DNA of 64,000 bases. It comes from Ardenticatenaceae bacterium. Its GTDB lineage: Bacteria > Chloroflexota > Anaerolineae > Ardenticatenales > Ardenticatenaceae. Below the pieces are notes generated by a model. It was not told where the DNA came from. It worked only from the letters and a program-made list of their open reading frames with translations, and made no database searches. Shown in pieces: positions 34,807-43,642 of this stretch; within the stretch, counting starts at the first letter, position 1; each line of letters opens with the position of its first letter. The DNA lies in NCBI GenBank assembly GCA_015491235.1, contig WFWG01000353.1:1342-65341 (forward strand). The letters run 5' to 3'. A program made the translations under genes and the position numbers.

Positions 34807-36093
34807 CTACTGACCCTGTGCTTGATCCTGCAATCGCGCCAAGGCTTCGGCGGCTGGCCGGAAGTTGGCGTTGAACGCAACCGCCCGCTGGTAATCTTGC
34901 CGGGCGCCCTCCAGGTCGCCCAGCGCCTCGCGGGCCCGCCCACGCCAGAAGTACGACTCCTCCAGGTTGTCCGCCCCTTGAAGCGTTTCGGAGGCCAGGG
35001 CAATTACGTCGTCGTACCGCTCCGCGGCGAAGTAGGCCTCGTAGGGACCGAACTGGTACCACAACATGCGCCACGGCAACCCAATGGCCCGCGCGCGGTC
35101 GAAAGCTTCGGCTGCGGCGGCCGCGTCGCCCGCGCGGAGCAAGCTAGTGCCCAGGTTAAACCAGGCAAAGGGATTGTCCGGCGAAGCTGCCACTTCGGCG
35201 CGGGCCACTTGTAAGGCATGAGCCCACATGCGGCTTTCATCCAGCCGGAACCCCAGGAGCGCTTCCACCGCCGGCTGCTGTTCGGGCGAGTAGACCACCA
35301 CATACGTGCGGTTGAAGACCTGCCACAGTTCGTCGAACTCGTCGTAGGGCAGGCGGATGAAGGGGCCGTTGTACGAGTCGTGGGCCACGAACTCACCGGT
35401 CGCCTCGTCGTAGCCGATGAGGAGGCGGTAGTGGCCCATGCCATTGCCCGGCTCCGGCTCGAACCAGGTCTCAGCAATGACGGGAAAGCCGGCGGCCAGC
35501 AGGGCCTTCAGCATCTCCAGGTCGCCTGCGGCGCCCACGTGGACCACGAACCCCAGCGAGCGGGCGTAGGCGGCCATCTCCTCCGGCGAGACGTTCTTGT
35601 CGTTGGGGTCCGGCTTCAGGATGGGTGCGATTTCGTACTGGGTCTCCTGACGCCCGTAGAAGCTGAGCGCCATGCCGATAGTCACCGGCCCACAGTTGTT
35701 CAGCCGCTGGTATTCGTGACGGATGCCTTCCAGCAACATCCGAGGCGGCAACGGCGCGGGAGAGGGCGTCGGCGTGGGCGTCAGTGTGGGCGGCGGTGGC
35801 GTTGGGCTGGGCGTGGGCGTCGGCGGCACTGGCGTGCTCGTCGCCGTAGGGGAGAGGAGGAGAGGCGATGGGGTGGGGGACAGGGCGGACAGTGTTGAAG
35901 TGCTTGCTTCTGTCGGGAAGAGAGAAGGGACCACAACTACTTGATCCTCGACTCTCCTGGGCTGACTTGCTTGGCACCCCAAGATGAGCCCCGCTACGAC
36001 TGCCAGCAGCACCAGAGCCAACAGGACGAAGCCTTTACCGTGTTTGCCGAAAAAGCGGCGGGGTGCAGAGCTTTGCTCTTCGCGTGAACTCAT
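34807..36093 (-). CDS. membrane-anchored peptidase C39-like domain protein with C-terminal TPR repeats
   Basis: N-terminal TM, a PT-rich linker, NNCGPVTIGMALSFYG (Cys) ... GHYRLLIGYD (His), then TPR-like repeats (AWFNLGTSLLRAGD..., YFWRGRAREALGD...). Confidence 0.7.
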   Translation of the reverse strand: MSSREEQSSAPRRFFGKHGKGFVLLALVLLAVVAGLILGCQASQPRRVEDQVVVVPSLFPTEASTSTLSALSPTPSPLLLSPTATSTPVPPTPTPSPTPPPPTLTPTPTPSPAPLPPRMLLEGIRHEYQRLNNCGPVTIGMALSFYGRQETQYEIAPILKPDPNDKNVSPEEMAAYARSLGFVVHVGAAGDLEMLKALLAAGFPVIAETWFEPEPGNGMGHYRLLIGYDEATGEFVAHDSYNGPFIRLPYDEFDELWQVFNRTYVVVYSPEQQPAVEALLGFRLDESRMWAHALQVARAEVAASPDNPFAWFNLGTSLLRAGDAAAAAEAFDRARAIGLPWRMLWYQFGPYEAYFAAERYDDVIALASETLQGADNLEESYFWRGRAREALGDLEGARQDYQRAVAFNANFRPAAEALARLQDQAQGQ

Positions 36094-36097
36094 AGAA

Positions 36098-36616
36098 TTA
36101 TCTCTCAGTCAGCAACTGAACGAGAGCAAAGAGAATGCCAACCAGCGCAGCCATCTGCGAGACCCAAAAGACGAACGCCCACCGAATAAGAGAAACTTTG
36201 GTCTGTCCGATTTCCTTGATCAGGTCAGCGCGCACCCGCTCGATTTCCAAGCGGTTCTCTTCGATCTTTTTCGTCAAGTCGGCCTGGATTTGGCCCATCT
36301 TCTCGGTCAGGTCGGCCTGGATTTGGCCCATCTTCTCGGTCAGGTCGGCGCGCACCCGCTCGATCTCCAGGCGGTTCTCTTCGATCTTCTCCATCAACTC
36401 AGTGCGCAGCCGTTCGATTTCCAGGCGCACCCGCTCGATCTCCAGGCGCAGCGCGGCCTCCACTTCGCGCACGTCCTGCTGGCGGGCCACGTCCTCTGGG
36501 GGCGTGCGAGCGACGATGAATTCCAGCACCACGAGCCCCTCGTCCGGCCCAAAGGCCCGTTGCAGAATGCGGGCGACTTCGGCGTAGCTGGGTGTTTCCG
36601 GTGGGTTTTTCGCCAT
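36098..36616 (-). CDS. coiled-coil protein with C-terminal TM anchor (DUF1640/CCDC90-like)
   Basis: 172 aa with repeated LEIERVRxxL / DLTEKMGQIQA units, ending in IRWAFVFWVSQMAALVGILFALVQLL. It forms an operon with the C39/TPR gene. Confidence 0.6.
   Translation of the reverse strand: MAKNPPETPSYAEVARILQRAFGPDEGLVVLEFIVARTPPEDVARQQDVREVEAALRLEIERVRLEIERLRTELMEKIEENRLEIERVRADLTEKMGQIQADLTEKMGQIQADLTKKIEENRLEIERVRADLIKEIGQTKVSLIRWAFVFWVSQMAALVGILFALVQLLTER
36221..36387. repeat. nested in-frame tandem repeats (120-bp period containing a perfect 33-bp x2 repeat)
   Basis: 36278-36310 equals 36311-36343 exactly. The flanking 47-nt blocks 36221-36267 and 36341-36387 differ at 3-4 positions. Confidence 0.85.
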
Positions 36617-36750
36617 AGGCGGCCTCCTTGCTCGAGGTGTACCCAGAGTATACCCTAAACGAGCGGAGGTTTCAAAACCGCGCTCCTCTGCTGGTCCCCA
36701 ACAGTTTGGCCTCCTCCGCTCGCGGGGGCGCCAGGCTATTCCGTGGACGG

Positions 36751-36778
36751 TTGACGCGCGGAGCGATTGCCTTACAAT
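36751..36778 (+). promoter_or_regulatory. sigma-70-like promoter
   Basis: TTGACG (36751-36756), a 16-nt spacer, then TACAAT (36773-36778), 43 nt upstream of ATG 36821. Confidence 0.5.
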
Positions 36779-36820
36779 TGTGGCGTTCGAGCGGAGAACT
36801 CAAGTGGTTGAGCTTTTCGT

Positions 36821-39154
36821 ATGCGCCTTTGGCACTTGTTGCGTTCCAGCTTCATCGTCCTGCTGGCTGGTTTGGCCCTCGGTCTGGTTTTGTGGGATCA
36901 AGCCCACCCGGCTGCTCTTTCGGGGTGGGTTGCGGGCGAGCGGTTCTACTTCTACTACCGCCAGCGGCTGCTCTGGTACGGACTGGGAGGAGCGGCCGCC
37001 GCGCTTGCGCTCTGGGGAGTAGCCGTGGCCGCGCGCCTGCGCCTCTGGTCGCCGCACCACCCCACCTTCTGGGCCCCTCCAGAACACAACTCCCTGGGTG
37101 CGGCTGCGAGCCAGCAGGCAGCCCACTTTTTGCCGTTGTTGGCGGCTCCCCTGCTCCTGGTGCGCCACGTCTGGAGTCCACTGGGCATGGGAGTGGGGAG
37201 TGCGTTTTGGACCTACGCGCTGGTCCCTCTCCTGGCGTGGGCCGTTGCCTGGAACCTGGCGCCCGTCTTTCAGGTCCTCTCCCCTCCCAGGCGACTAACG
37301 GCTACCCATGCTGTGTGGGGCGCTATCGTCCTCTACGTTCTCGTCTTCGGGGGGCTTTCGGTGGCCCGCCACCTCTCCTTCTTCAGCCACGCGCTCGACT
37401 TGGGCACCATGAGCCAGGCGATGTGGAATACCGCTCAGGGGCGCCCCTTCGAGTACACGCCCATGTTCGAGGAGGCCACTTTGGAGGCACCGCCGGTGTC
37501 CAGCCGGCTGACTTCTGGCAAGCTGGAGGTTATCTTCCTGGCGCTGGCCCCCCTCTACCGCCTCTGGCCCAACCCAATTTTGCTGCTTCTCGTCCAGACG
37601 TTGGCGCTGGGCCTGAGCGCCTGGCCCCTCTACTTGACGTTGTTGCGCTGGTTGGAAGACGCGCGGGTGGCCCTCTGGCTCACCCTGGCCTACCTGGCCT
37701 ACCTGCCGCTCCACTACGTCAACATGTTCGACTTTCACCCCACCGCCCTCATGCCCGTTTTCCTGACGGCGGCTATCTACGCAGCCGAACGTCGGCGCTG
37801 GCGACTCTACGGCGTGGCCTTGGTGGGCGCACTGACGTGCCGGGTGGACGCAGCCTTTGTGGCGCTGGGCTTGGGGGTTCTCTACCTTGTGCGGCGCTGG
37901 CGTCGCGTGGGTGTTTTGACCCTGCTGCTGGGCCTCTTCTGGCTGGCCTTCGACTTCGGCGTGGTCGTTCCCCTGGCCGAAGCGCGCTATGGTCCTGATC
38001 CCGTGGGGTTGATCAGCCAGCGCTTTGGTCAATTCGGCACCACGCCGGCCGAAATCGTGCTCAACATGGCCCGCCACCCCCTTCAGGTGGCCGCCCTGCT
38101 GCTGGACCGGGAGAAAGCCCAGACCCTCTTCGACCTGTTTGTCCCTGTGGGCGGTCTGGCCCTGCTTGCTCCCCTCTGGCTGGTGCCCGCTGTTCCCGTG
38201 GCCCTGGTGAACCTGTTGGCCGAGTCGGCCTGGCAGGGCACGGTGCGCGCCCACTACTTTGCCCCTGTGCTGCCCTTCATCTTCCTCGCAACGGGGGCGG
38301 CCATCTGGCGCCTCGACCCGGAGCGCGCCCGCCCCGAACGACGCCGAGCCCTGGCCCTCTACGTCCTGGCCGCATCGCTGCTGGTGGCCTATTTCTTCAG
38401 CCCCTTTCCTCCAGGTCGAGCCTTCTACCTGGAAGCGTACGCGGTGCGCAGCCCCCACCAGGCAGCCATCCAACGCGTGTTGGCCCAGGTGGCTTCCGAC
38501 AGCGCCCTCAGCGGGCAAAGCGACCTGGTGCCCCACGTGGCCAACCGGCGCTTCCTCTACCTGTTCCCCAACGGCCTCGAGGCCGCCGACGAGGTGGTAC
38601 TCGACCTGGACGCCTCGGCCGAGCGCGCCCCGCTGGACTTTTTCGCCTTCTTCGAGTTGGTGGACGCGCTGGTGGACGACCCGGCCTTCGGCCTGAAGGC
38701 GTGGGAGAACGGCGTGCTGTTGCTGGCACGCGGTGCCCCTCATGATCCGGCCCGCCTGCGGGCGTTGCGCCGGGCCTACGACGAGGCCTTCTACCGCGTG
38801 GAGTGGCTGAACCACCGCACGCCGGAGCAGATGCGAGCAGGCGAGCTTTATATGCCCCGCGTCTGTTTCCGCAACACGGGGAGCCAGGGGTGGCGCTCGG
38901 TGGACTGGTACCCCGTCTTCCTCTCCTACCACTGGGTGGCTGGTGACGGAACGCCGGTGGTGTGGGACGGTGAGCGCGCCCCACTGCCCTACACGCTCTA
39001 CCCGACACGCTCCATGTGTCTGCGCGTGCCCGTCGTGGCCCCGGAACAGCCCGGCATCTACCGGCTCCAGTTCGACCTGGTGCGCGAGCACCAGTATTGG
39101 TTCTCGCAAAAGGGTGCTGTCCCCCTGGAAGTGGAGGTCACGGTTGTTCCGTGA
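36821..39154 (+). CDS. DUF2079-family polytopic membrane protein with C-terminal Ig/NBR1-like domain
   Basis: 777 aa with FGGLSVARHLSFFSHALDLGTMSQAMWNTAQGRPF (DUF2079 signature). The C-terminal soluble region runs ELYMPRVCFRNTGSQGW...YRLQFDLVREHQYWF. Confidence 0.75.
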   Translation: MRLWHLLRSSFIVLLAGLALGLVLWDQAHPAALSGWVAGERFYFYYRQRLLWYGLGGAAAALALWGVAVAARLRLWSPHHPTFWAPPEHNSLGAAASQQAAHFLPLLAAPLLLVRHVWSPLGMGVGSAFWTYALVPLLAWAVAWNLAPVFQVLSPPRRLTATHAVWGAIVLYVLVFGGLSVARHLSFFSHALDLGTMSQAMWNTAQGRPFEYTPMFEEATLEAPPVSSRLTSGKLEVIFLALAPLYRLWPNPILLLLVQTLALGLSAWPLYLTLLRWLEDARVALWLTLAYLAYLPLHYVNMFDFHPTALMPVFLTAAIYAAERRRWRLYGVALVGALTCRVDAAFVALGLGVLYLVRRWRRVGVLTLLLGLFWLAFDFGVVVPLAEARYGPDPVGLISQRFGQFGTTPAEIVLNMARHPLQVAALLLDREKAQTLFDLFVPVGGLALLAPLWLVPAVPVALVNLLAESAWQGTVRAHYFAPVLPFIFLATGAAIWRLDPERARPERRRALALYVLAASLLVAYFFSPFPPGRAFYLEAYAVRSPHQAAIQRVLAQVASDSALSGQSDLVPHVANRRFLYLFPNGLEAADEVVLDLDASAERAPLDFFAFFELVDALVDDPAFGLKAWENGVLLLARGAPHDPARLRALRRAYDEAFYRVEWLNHRTPEQMRAGELYMPRVCFRNTGSQGWRSVDWYPVFLSYHWVAGDGTPVVWDGERAPLPYTLYPTRSMCLRVPVVAPEQPGIYRLQFDLVREHQYWFSQKGAVPLEVEVTVVP

Positions 39155-39212
39155 GGGCAAGGGGATGTGGGGAGGCGGCGGGTGCAACGCGCCCCTCCGA
39201 CATCTCCCGTCG

Positions 39213-39240
39213 TTGACATCGCCACACGTCGTGCTACAAT
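39213..39240 (+). promoter_or_regulatory. sigma-70-like promoter
   Basis: TTGACA (39213-39218), a 16-nt spacer, then TACAAT (39235-39240), 54 nt upstream of ATG 39294. Confidence 0.5.
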
Positions 39241-39293
39241 CCAAGCGGCCGTTGCCCACTTCACACCCCAGAACACGTGCTGAGAAGGTGCCT

Positions 39294-40169
39294 ATGTCAC
39301 TGAGACACACCGAGCGGTTCCGCGTGCGCCACTACGAGTGTGACCCGTATGGCCACGTCAACAACGCCAACTACCTGCGCTACATGGAGGAGGCCGCCTT
39401 CCGCGCTTCAGCAGCCGCGGGCTACGGCATGGAGGAGTACCTGGCCATGAAGCGCTGGTGGCTGATTCGGGAGACGGAGATCGAGTACCTGCAACCCCTG
39501 CGCTACGGTGACACGGCGGAGGTGACCACCTGGGTGGTCAACATGCGCCGGGCGCGCTCGCGTCGTGCCTACGAGATTCGGCGCGCTTCCACAGGGGAGC
39601 TGGCGGCGCGGGCGTGGACCGATTGGGTCTTCCTGGACGCCACCACGGGACGGCCGGCTCCCATACCGGAAGAATTGCGGCGAACCTACGGCACCGGCGA
39701 GTTGCCCAAGGGCCTCTCCACGGACCGGTTCCCGTCGCCACCGCCGCCACCGCCGGGCGTCTTCACCGTCCGTCGGCGGGTGGAGTGGCGCGACCTGGAC
39801 CCCGCTGGCCACGTCAACAACGCCAACTACCTCTCCTTCATCGAGGACAGTGCCATCCAGATCGCCAGGGCCTACGGCTGGCCCGTGCGGCGCATGGATG
39901 AAGCCGGCTTTGCCGTGATTGCCCGCCGCATTCGCGTCAAGTACCGTCAGCCGGCTTTGCTGGACGACGAACTGGAGATTTCCACCTGGTTGTCGGACGT
40001 GCGGCGGGCCACGGTCATCCGCCACTTCGTGATTCGCCGCTCGGCCGACGACGCGCTCATTGCGCGGGCGCGCACGCTGTGGGTGTGGGTGGACCTGAAA
40101 AGCGGCCGACCCATCCGCATTCCCGATGCGTTCTTCACCGACTTCGCGGCCAACATCGTTCAGGCGTGA
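39294..40169 (+). CDS. tandem double hotdog acyl-CoA thioesterase (YbgC/4HBT type)
   Basis: Two repeats of the motif: RVRHYECDPYGHVNNANYLRYMEEA and RVEWRDLDPAGHVNNANYLSFIEDS. The track ORF start at 38943 overlaps the previous gene. Confidence 0.8.
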   Translation: MSLRHTERFRVRHYECDPYGHVNNANYLRYMEEAAFRASAAAGYGMEEYLAMKRWWLIRETEIEYLQPLRYGDTAEVTTWVVNMRRARSRRAYEIRRASTGELAARAWTDWVFLDATTGRPAPIPEELRRTYGTGELPKGLSTDRFPSPPPPPPGVFTVRRRVEWRDLDPAGHVNNANYLSFIEDSAIQIARAYGWPVRRMDEAGFAVIARRIRVKYRQPALLDDELEISTWLSDVRRATVIRHFVIRRSADDALIARARTLWVWVDLKSGRPIRIPDAFFTDFAANIVQA

Positions 40170-40214
40170 GGGCAAAGCGATCGCCGCTCGAACTCCGGCA
40201 ACCCGTGAGGAACG

Positions 40215-41027
40215 ATGAAGAGGTTGTGGTGGCAACTCCTGTTGCTGGTGCTTTGGGCTTTGGGGTGCGCGGGTCCTGCTCGACCGACGCCGTCGCCTGC
40301 TCCCTCCCCGACGGGGGCAGCGTTGACGACGGGACTCGCCTCGCCGGAAGCCACGGTCACGGGGGCGCCTGCCCCCACGCCCACCACCCTTGACCCCTTT
40401 GCCGAAGCGAGGGAACGCATGGTTCGAGAACAAATCGAAGCCCGCGGCGTGCGCGACCCGGCCGTGCTGGCGGCCATGCGAGCCGTGCCACGCCACAAGT
40501 TCGTCCCGGAGCGTTACCTTGACCAGGCCTACGCCGACCACCCGCTGCCCATCGGCTACGGCCAGACCATCTCCCAGCCCTACATCGTCGCCCTCATGAC
40601 CGAGGCCCTGAAGGTCAAGCCGGGCGACAAGGTGCTGGAGATCGGCACGGGCAGCGGCTACCAGGCGGCTGTGCTGGCCGAGATGGGTGTTGAGGTCTAC
40701 ACTGTGGAAATCATTCCCGAGCTGGCCCGCTCGGCTGAGGAGCGCCTGCGGGAACTGGGATACACCAACGTGCGCGTCCTCAACGCCGACGGCTACAACG
40801 GCTGGCCGGAGCACGCCCCCTACGACGCCATCATCGTTACAGCCGCCCCTGACCACCTGCCCCAGCCGCTGGTGGAGCAACTCAAGCCGGGCGGACGACT
40901 GGTCATCCCCATCGGACCGCCGGGCAGTGTTCAGACCCTGTGGCTCTTCGTGAAGCGGGAAGACGGCGAACTGGACGCCTTCAACATGGGTGCCGTGCGC
41001 TTCGTCCCATTGGTGCGCGAACGATGA
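40215..41027 (+). CDS. pcm: protein-L-isoaspartate O-methyltransferase with lipoprotein-type signal
   Basis: LLVLWALGC lipobox, then [36 protein letters not shown] and GGRLVIPIG. Confidence 0.9.
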   Translation: MKRLWWQLLLLVLWALGCAGPARPTPSPAPSPTGAALTTGLASPEATVTGAPAPTPTTLDPFAEARERMVREQIEARGVRDPAVLAAMRAVPRHKFVPERYLDQAYADHPLPIGYGQTISQPYIVALMTEALKVKPGDKVLEIGTGSGYQAAVLAEMGVEVYTVEIIPELARSAEERLRELGYTNVRVLNADGYNGWPEHAPYDAIIVTAAPDHLPQPLVEQLKPGGRLVIPIGPPGSVQTLWLFVKREDGELDAFNMGAVRFVPLVRER

Positions 41028-42502
41028 GGAGCAGCGACATGATTGGCATTGTGGACTTTGGCCTTTACATCCCGTATCACCGCCTGCCCCGCGAGGCCAT
41101 CGGTGAAGCCTGGCGGATGGAGCAAGCCAAGGAGTTGCTCATCGGCGAGCGGGCTGTGGCCGGCTTCGACGAGGACACCGTCACGATGGCCGTCGAAGCC
41201 GTGCTCGAGGCCCTAGGACCGCGCCAGGAGGCGGGCGTGGACGCCCTCTTCTTCGCCTCCACCACGCCTCCCTTTGGCGAGAAGAGCAGCGCGGCCGTGG
41301 TGGCGGCGGCCTGCGACCTTCCGGTCCACCGCAGTGCCGACGTGACCGGCACGCTGCGCGCCGGAACGACCGCCTTGGGCCTGGCCTTGGACGCCGTGCG
41401 GGCGGGCTCAGCCCGGCGCGCGGTGGTGGCCGCGGCCGACATGCGCCCCTTCGAGCCGGGCACGCTTCAGGAGGCTGTCTCCGGCGACGGGGCGGCTGCC
41501 CTGGTTATAGGAGAAGGGGACGACGTGGTGGCCGTCATCGAGGGGGAAGTCCACCTGAGCGACCCCACGGTTGACGTGTGGCGCCACGCCGAGCGCCGCT
41601 ACCTTTCCACTGACGACGAGTCATTCGCCAACCAGGTGGGGTACTTCGCCCTGGTGAACAAAGCCGTGGACGAGTTGCTTCGCCAGGCGGGCGTGGAGGC
41701 CGAATCGGTGGCAGGTGTGGCCCTTTACGCGCCTGACGGCCGGGCCTACATGCGCCTGGCCCGGAAGTCCCCGTTGGGCCCGGCCCTGGCGCGGGCAGGC
41801 CTGATGGGGCCGGCACCCCGCCTGCTCATGGCGGCCGGCAACCTGGGCGCGGCCTTTCCGCTGGCCCAACTGGCGCTGCTTCTGGAAACAGCCCAGCCGG
41901 ACGATCTTCTGGTGCTGGTGGGCTACGGCGACGGCGCCGACGCCTACCTGCTGCGCGTGACGCCGGCCACGGCGAAACGACCACCCCGCCGGCCGGCCGC
42001 TTTCTGGCTGGAAACAAAGGGGCCAATTCCCTACACCCAGGCCCTCTTCTTCCGCCAGCACATTCGGGACAAGCCCCTCTTTCCGCCGGGGGCGGAACCG
42101 TGGACCTCCCTCCCCCTGCTCTACCGCGAGCGGGGCGAGTTATTGGCCCTGCGAGCACAGCGGTGCACGTCGTGCGGGGCCGTCTGGTGGCCCCATCGCC
42201 CCAACTGCTACGAGTGCGGCGCCCAGGAGGGATTCGAGTTCATGCGACTGGGACGGCGGGGCACGGTGGCCACCTTCGAGGTGGAGTGGGCCATTCCGCA
42301 CCCGGCCCCCCCTGTGGGCATGGTCACCGTGGACACGCCCGAGGGCACCCGCATCACCACCCAGACCACCGACGGCGACCCCCGCGTGCTTGCCGTGGGC
42401 CAGGAGGTCGAGCTGGCGTTCCGCCTCTTCCACACGGCCAAAGCGCTGCCCCACTACTCCTGGAAAGTGCGCGTGCGCGGTGAAGGGAGAAAGGAAACTT
42501 GA
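41024..42502 (+). CDS. HMG-CoA-synthase-like (thiolase-fold) domain fused to a DUF35 zinc-ribbon/OB domain
   Basis: ATG 41024 overlaps the pcm stop (ATGA). The N-terminal region [15 protein letters not shown]...[10 protein letters not shown] is HMGCS-like. The C-terminal region [19 protein letters not shown]...GTVATFEV is DUF35. The expected nucleophile position reads [11 protein letters not shown], with Leu where HMGCS has Cys. Confidence 0.7.
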   Translation: MRSSDMIGIVDFGLYIPYHRLPREAIGEAWRMEQAKELLIGERAVAGFDEDTVTMAVEAVLEALGPRQEAGVDALFFASTTPPFGEKSSAAVVAAACDLPVHRSADVTGTLRAGTTALGLALDAVRAGSARRAVVAAADMRPFEPGTLQEAVSGDGAAALVIGEGDDVVAVIEGEVHLSDPTVDVWRHAERRYLSTDDESFANQVGYFALVNKAVDELLRQAGVEAESVAGVALYAPDGRAYMRLARKSPLGPALARAGLMGPAPRLLMAAGNLGAAFPLAQLALLLETAQPDDLLVLVGYGDGADAYLLRVTPATAKRPPRRPAAFWLETKGPIPYTQALFFRQHIRDKPLFPPGAEPWTSLPLLYRERGELLALRAQRCTSCGAVWWPHRPNCYECGAQEGFEFMRLGRRGTVATFEVEWAIPHPAPPVGMVTVDTPEGTRITTQTTDGDPRVLAVGQEVELAFRLFHTAKALPHYSWKVRVRGEGRKET

Positions 42503-42561
42503 CCAACGCCTGGGGTTAGGGTATAAGTACAAGCGTGCTTTTCCCAAAAGCCTTTATCGTC

Positions 42562-42607
42562 GGCCACCTTTGGTCGGCGTTGAGGGCCTGCGCCGGCAGG
42601 GGATAGT
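42562..42607. repeat. 46-bp perfect direct repeat, copy 1
   Basis: GGCCACCTTTGGTCGGCGTTGAGGGCCTGCGCCGGCAGGGGATAGT, identical to 43582-43627 and exactly 1020 bp away. Confidence 0.95.
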
Positions 42608-42786
42608 AACAGGAGTTACGCGGTTCCTTTGGGCAAAAGGTTTTGCCAGCAGGGGCGCAGCGTCGCTGCTCCTTTACTCCGGAGGTGCAGGGGGTTCCAC
42701 CCCCTGCCGGGAGACGTGGGGGGCCCCCAGCCTCCTTTTCTCCCCCAAATGCGGCCCTGCTCCGCCACCGCGTACGTCCTGACAGT
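42605..42786. mobile_element. MITE-like structured repeat, copy B
   Basis: AGT-AACAGGAGTTACGCGGTT...CCGCGTACGTCCTGAC-AGT. Removing it restores GGGGATAGTGAAAGGGGG, exactly as in the downstream duplicate (43619-43636). It contains the hairpin GCAGGGGGT-tcc-ACCCCCTGC. Confidence 0.6.
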
Positions 42787-42801
42787 GAAAGGGGGAAGAC
42801 C

Positions 42802-43065
42802 ATGGGCGGAATACTCGTGGAAATTCCTGAAGACCTAGCCAAAGAGTTCAAAGGACATGAAGGGCACCTGCGCGAGATACTGCTTCTGGGTCTTCGGCAG
42901 TTGAAAATCCAGGAGGCGCTGTGGCTTTACCGAGAGGGCGTGGTTTCCCTGGGTAGAGCTGCGGCGATGGCAGGATTGCCTATTCGGGAAATGGTTCGGC
43001 AAGCAATCGCGTGGGGAATAAAGCCCCAATGGTCTGAGGAGATGGTCGAGGAAGAACTGGCATGA
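42802..43065 (+). CDS. UPF0175-family antitoxin candidate
   Basis: True start is ATG 42802 (MGGILVEIPEDLAKEF...). The upstream part of track ORF 42643 is repeat DNA. It has an HTH-like region VSLGRAAAMAGLPIREMV. The stop overlaps the toxin start. Confidence 0.7.
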   Translation: MGGILVEIPEDLAKEFKGHEGHLREILLLGLRQLKIQEALWLYREGVVSLGRAAAMAGLPIREMVRQAIAWGIKPQWSEEMVEEELA

Positions 43066-43577
43066 GAGCAGTGACGAACGCTGGTCCCTTAATTGCTCTC
43101 GGAAAGTTGGGATTCGTTTTTCTCCTCTCAAAATTGTACGACCAAGTTCTCGTTCCGTCTGCTGTGTACAACGAAGTTGTCGTTCGGGGAATGGAATCAG
43201 GAAGTCCCGATGCCTACATCGTCGAACGATCCGTGACGCGCGGTGAATTGATCCTTCAAGATGTCTCTCAAGCCACATTCCCGGAAAAGCTACAAGCTTC
43301 GCCCTTGGGTGATGGGGAAAAGCAAACGATTTATTTGGCGTTGGTCGAGGCTGTTGAATGGGTGCTCATAGACGACCTGCTAGCCAGGAAAACCGCGCAG
43401 GAATTTGGCCTCAAGGTGAAGGGAACGTTAGGAATTCTCGTGGAAGCCTACCGTCAACAAGTCATAACACTTGAGGAATTGGAGTACACTTTTCGCACTA
43501 TCGTGGAACGGGAAGACATTTGGATAGCAGAACCGTTGGTGCGCCGTATATGGAAAGCAGTGTTGCATAAAGGGTAA
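43062..43577 (+). CDS. DUF3368-type PIN-like nuclease toxin candidate
   Basis: 171 aa: VTNAGPLIALGKLG...GDGEKQTIYLA...LIDDLLARKTAQEFGLKVKGTLGIL, the usual partner of UPF0175. Confidence 0.75.
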   Translation: MRAVTNAGPLIALGKLGFVFLLSKLYDQVLVPSAVYNEVVVRGMESGSPDAYIVERSVTRGELILQDVSQATFPEKLQASPLGDGEKQTIYLALVEAVEWVLIDDLLARKTAQEFGLKVKGTLGILVEAYRQQVITLEELEYTFRTIVEREDIWIAEPLVRRIWKAVLHKG

Positions 43578-43581
43578 GATG

Positions 43582-43627
43582 GGCCACCTTTGGTCGGCGT
43601 TGAGGGCCTGCGCCGGCAGGGGATAGT
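43582..43627. repeat. 46-bp perfect direct repeat, copy 2
   Basis: Identical to 42562-42607. It is followed by GAAAGGGGG and the thiolase start. Confidence 0.95.
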
Positions 43628-43642
43628 GAAAGGGGGCGTCCA

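Noticed and set aside
36221-36440. Regularly spaced direct repeats that could be mistaken for a mini CRISPR array (also 9957-10064)
   Set aside because: The repeats are contiguous with no unique spacers, are in frame, and encode coiled-coil heptads within well-supported ORFs. No cas genes are present in the window.
37295-39310. 671-aa minus-strand ORF (also 39408..40880, 490 aa)
   Set aside because: These are antisense to the DUF2079 gene and to the thioesterase/pcm genes. They have no RBS or motif support and a shadow-ORF composition.
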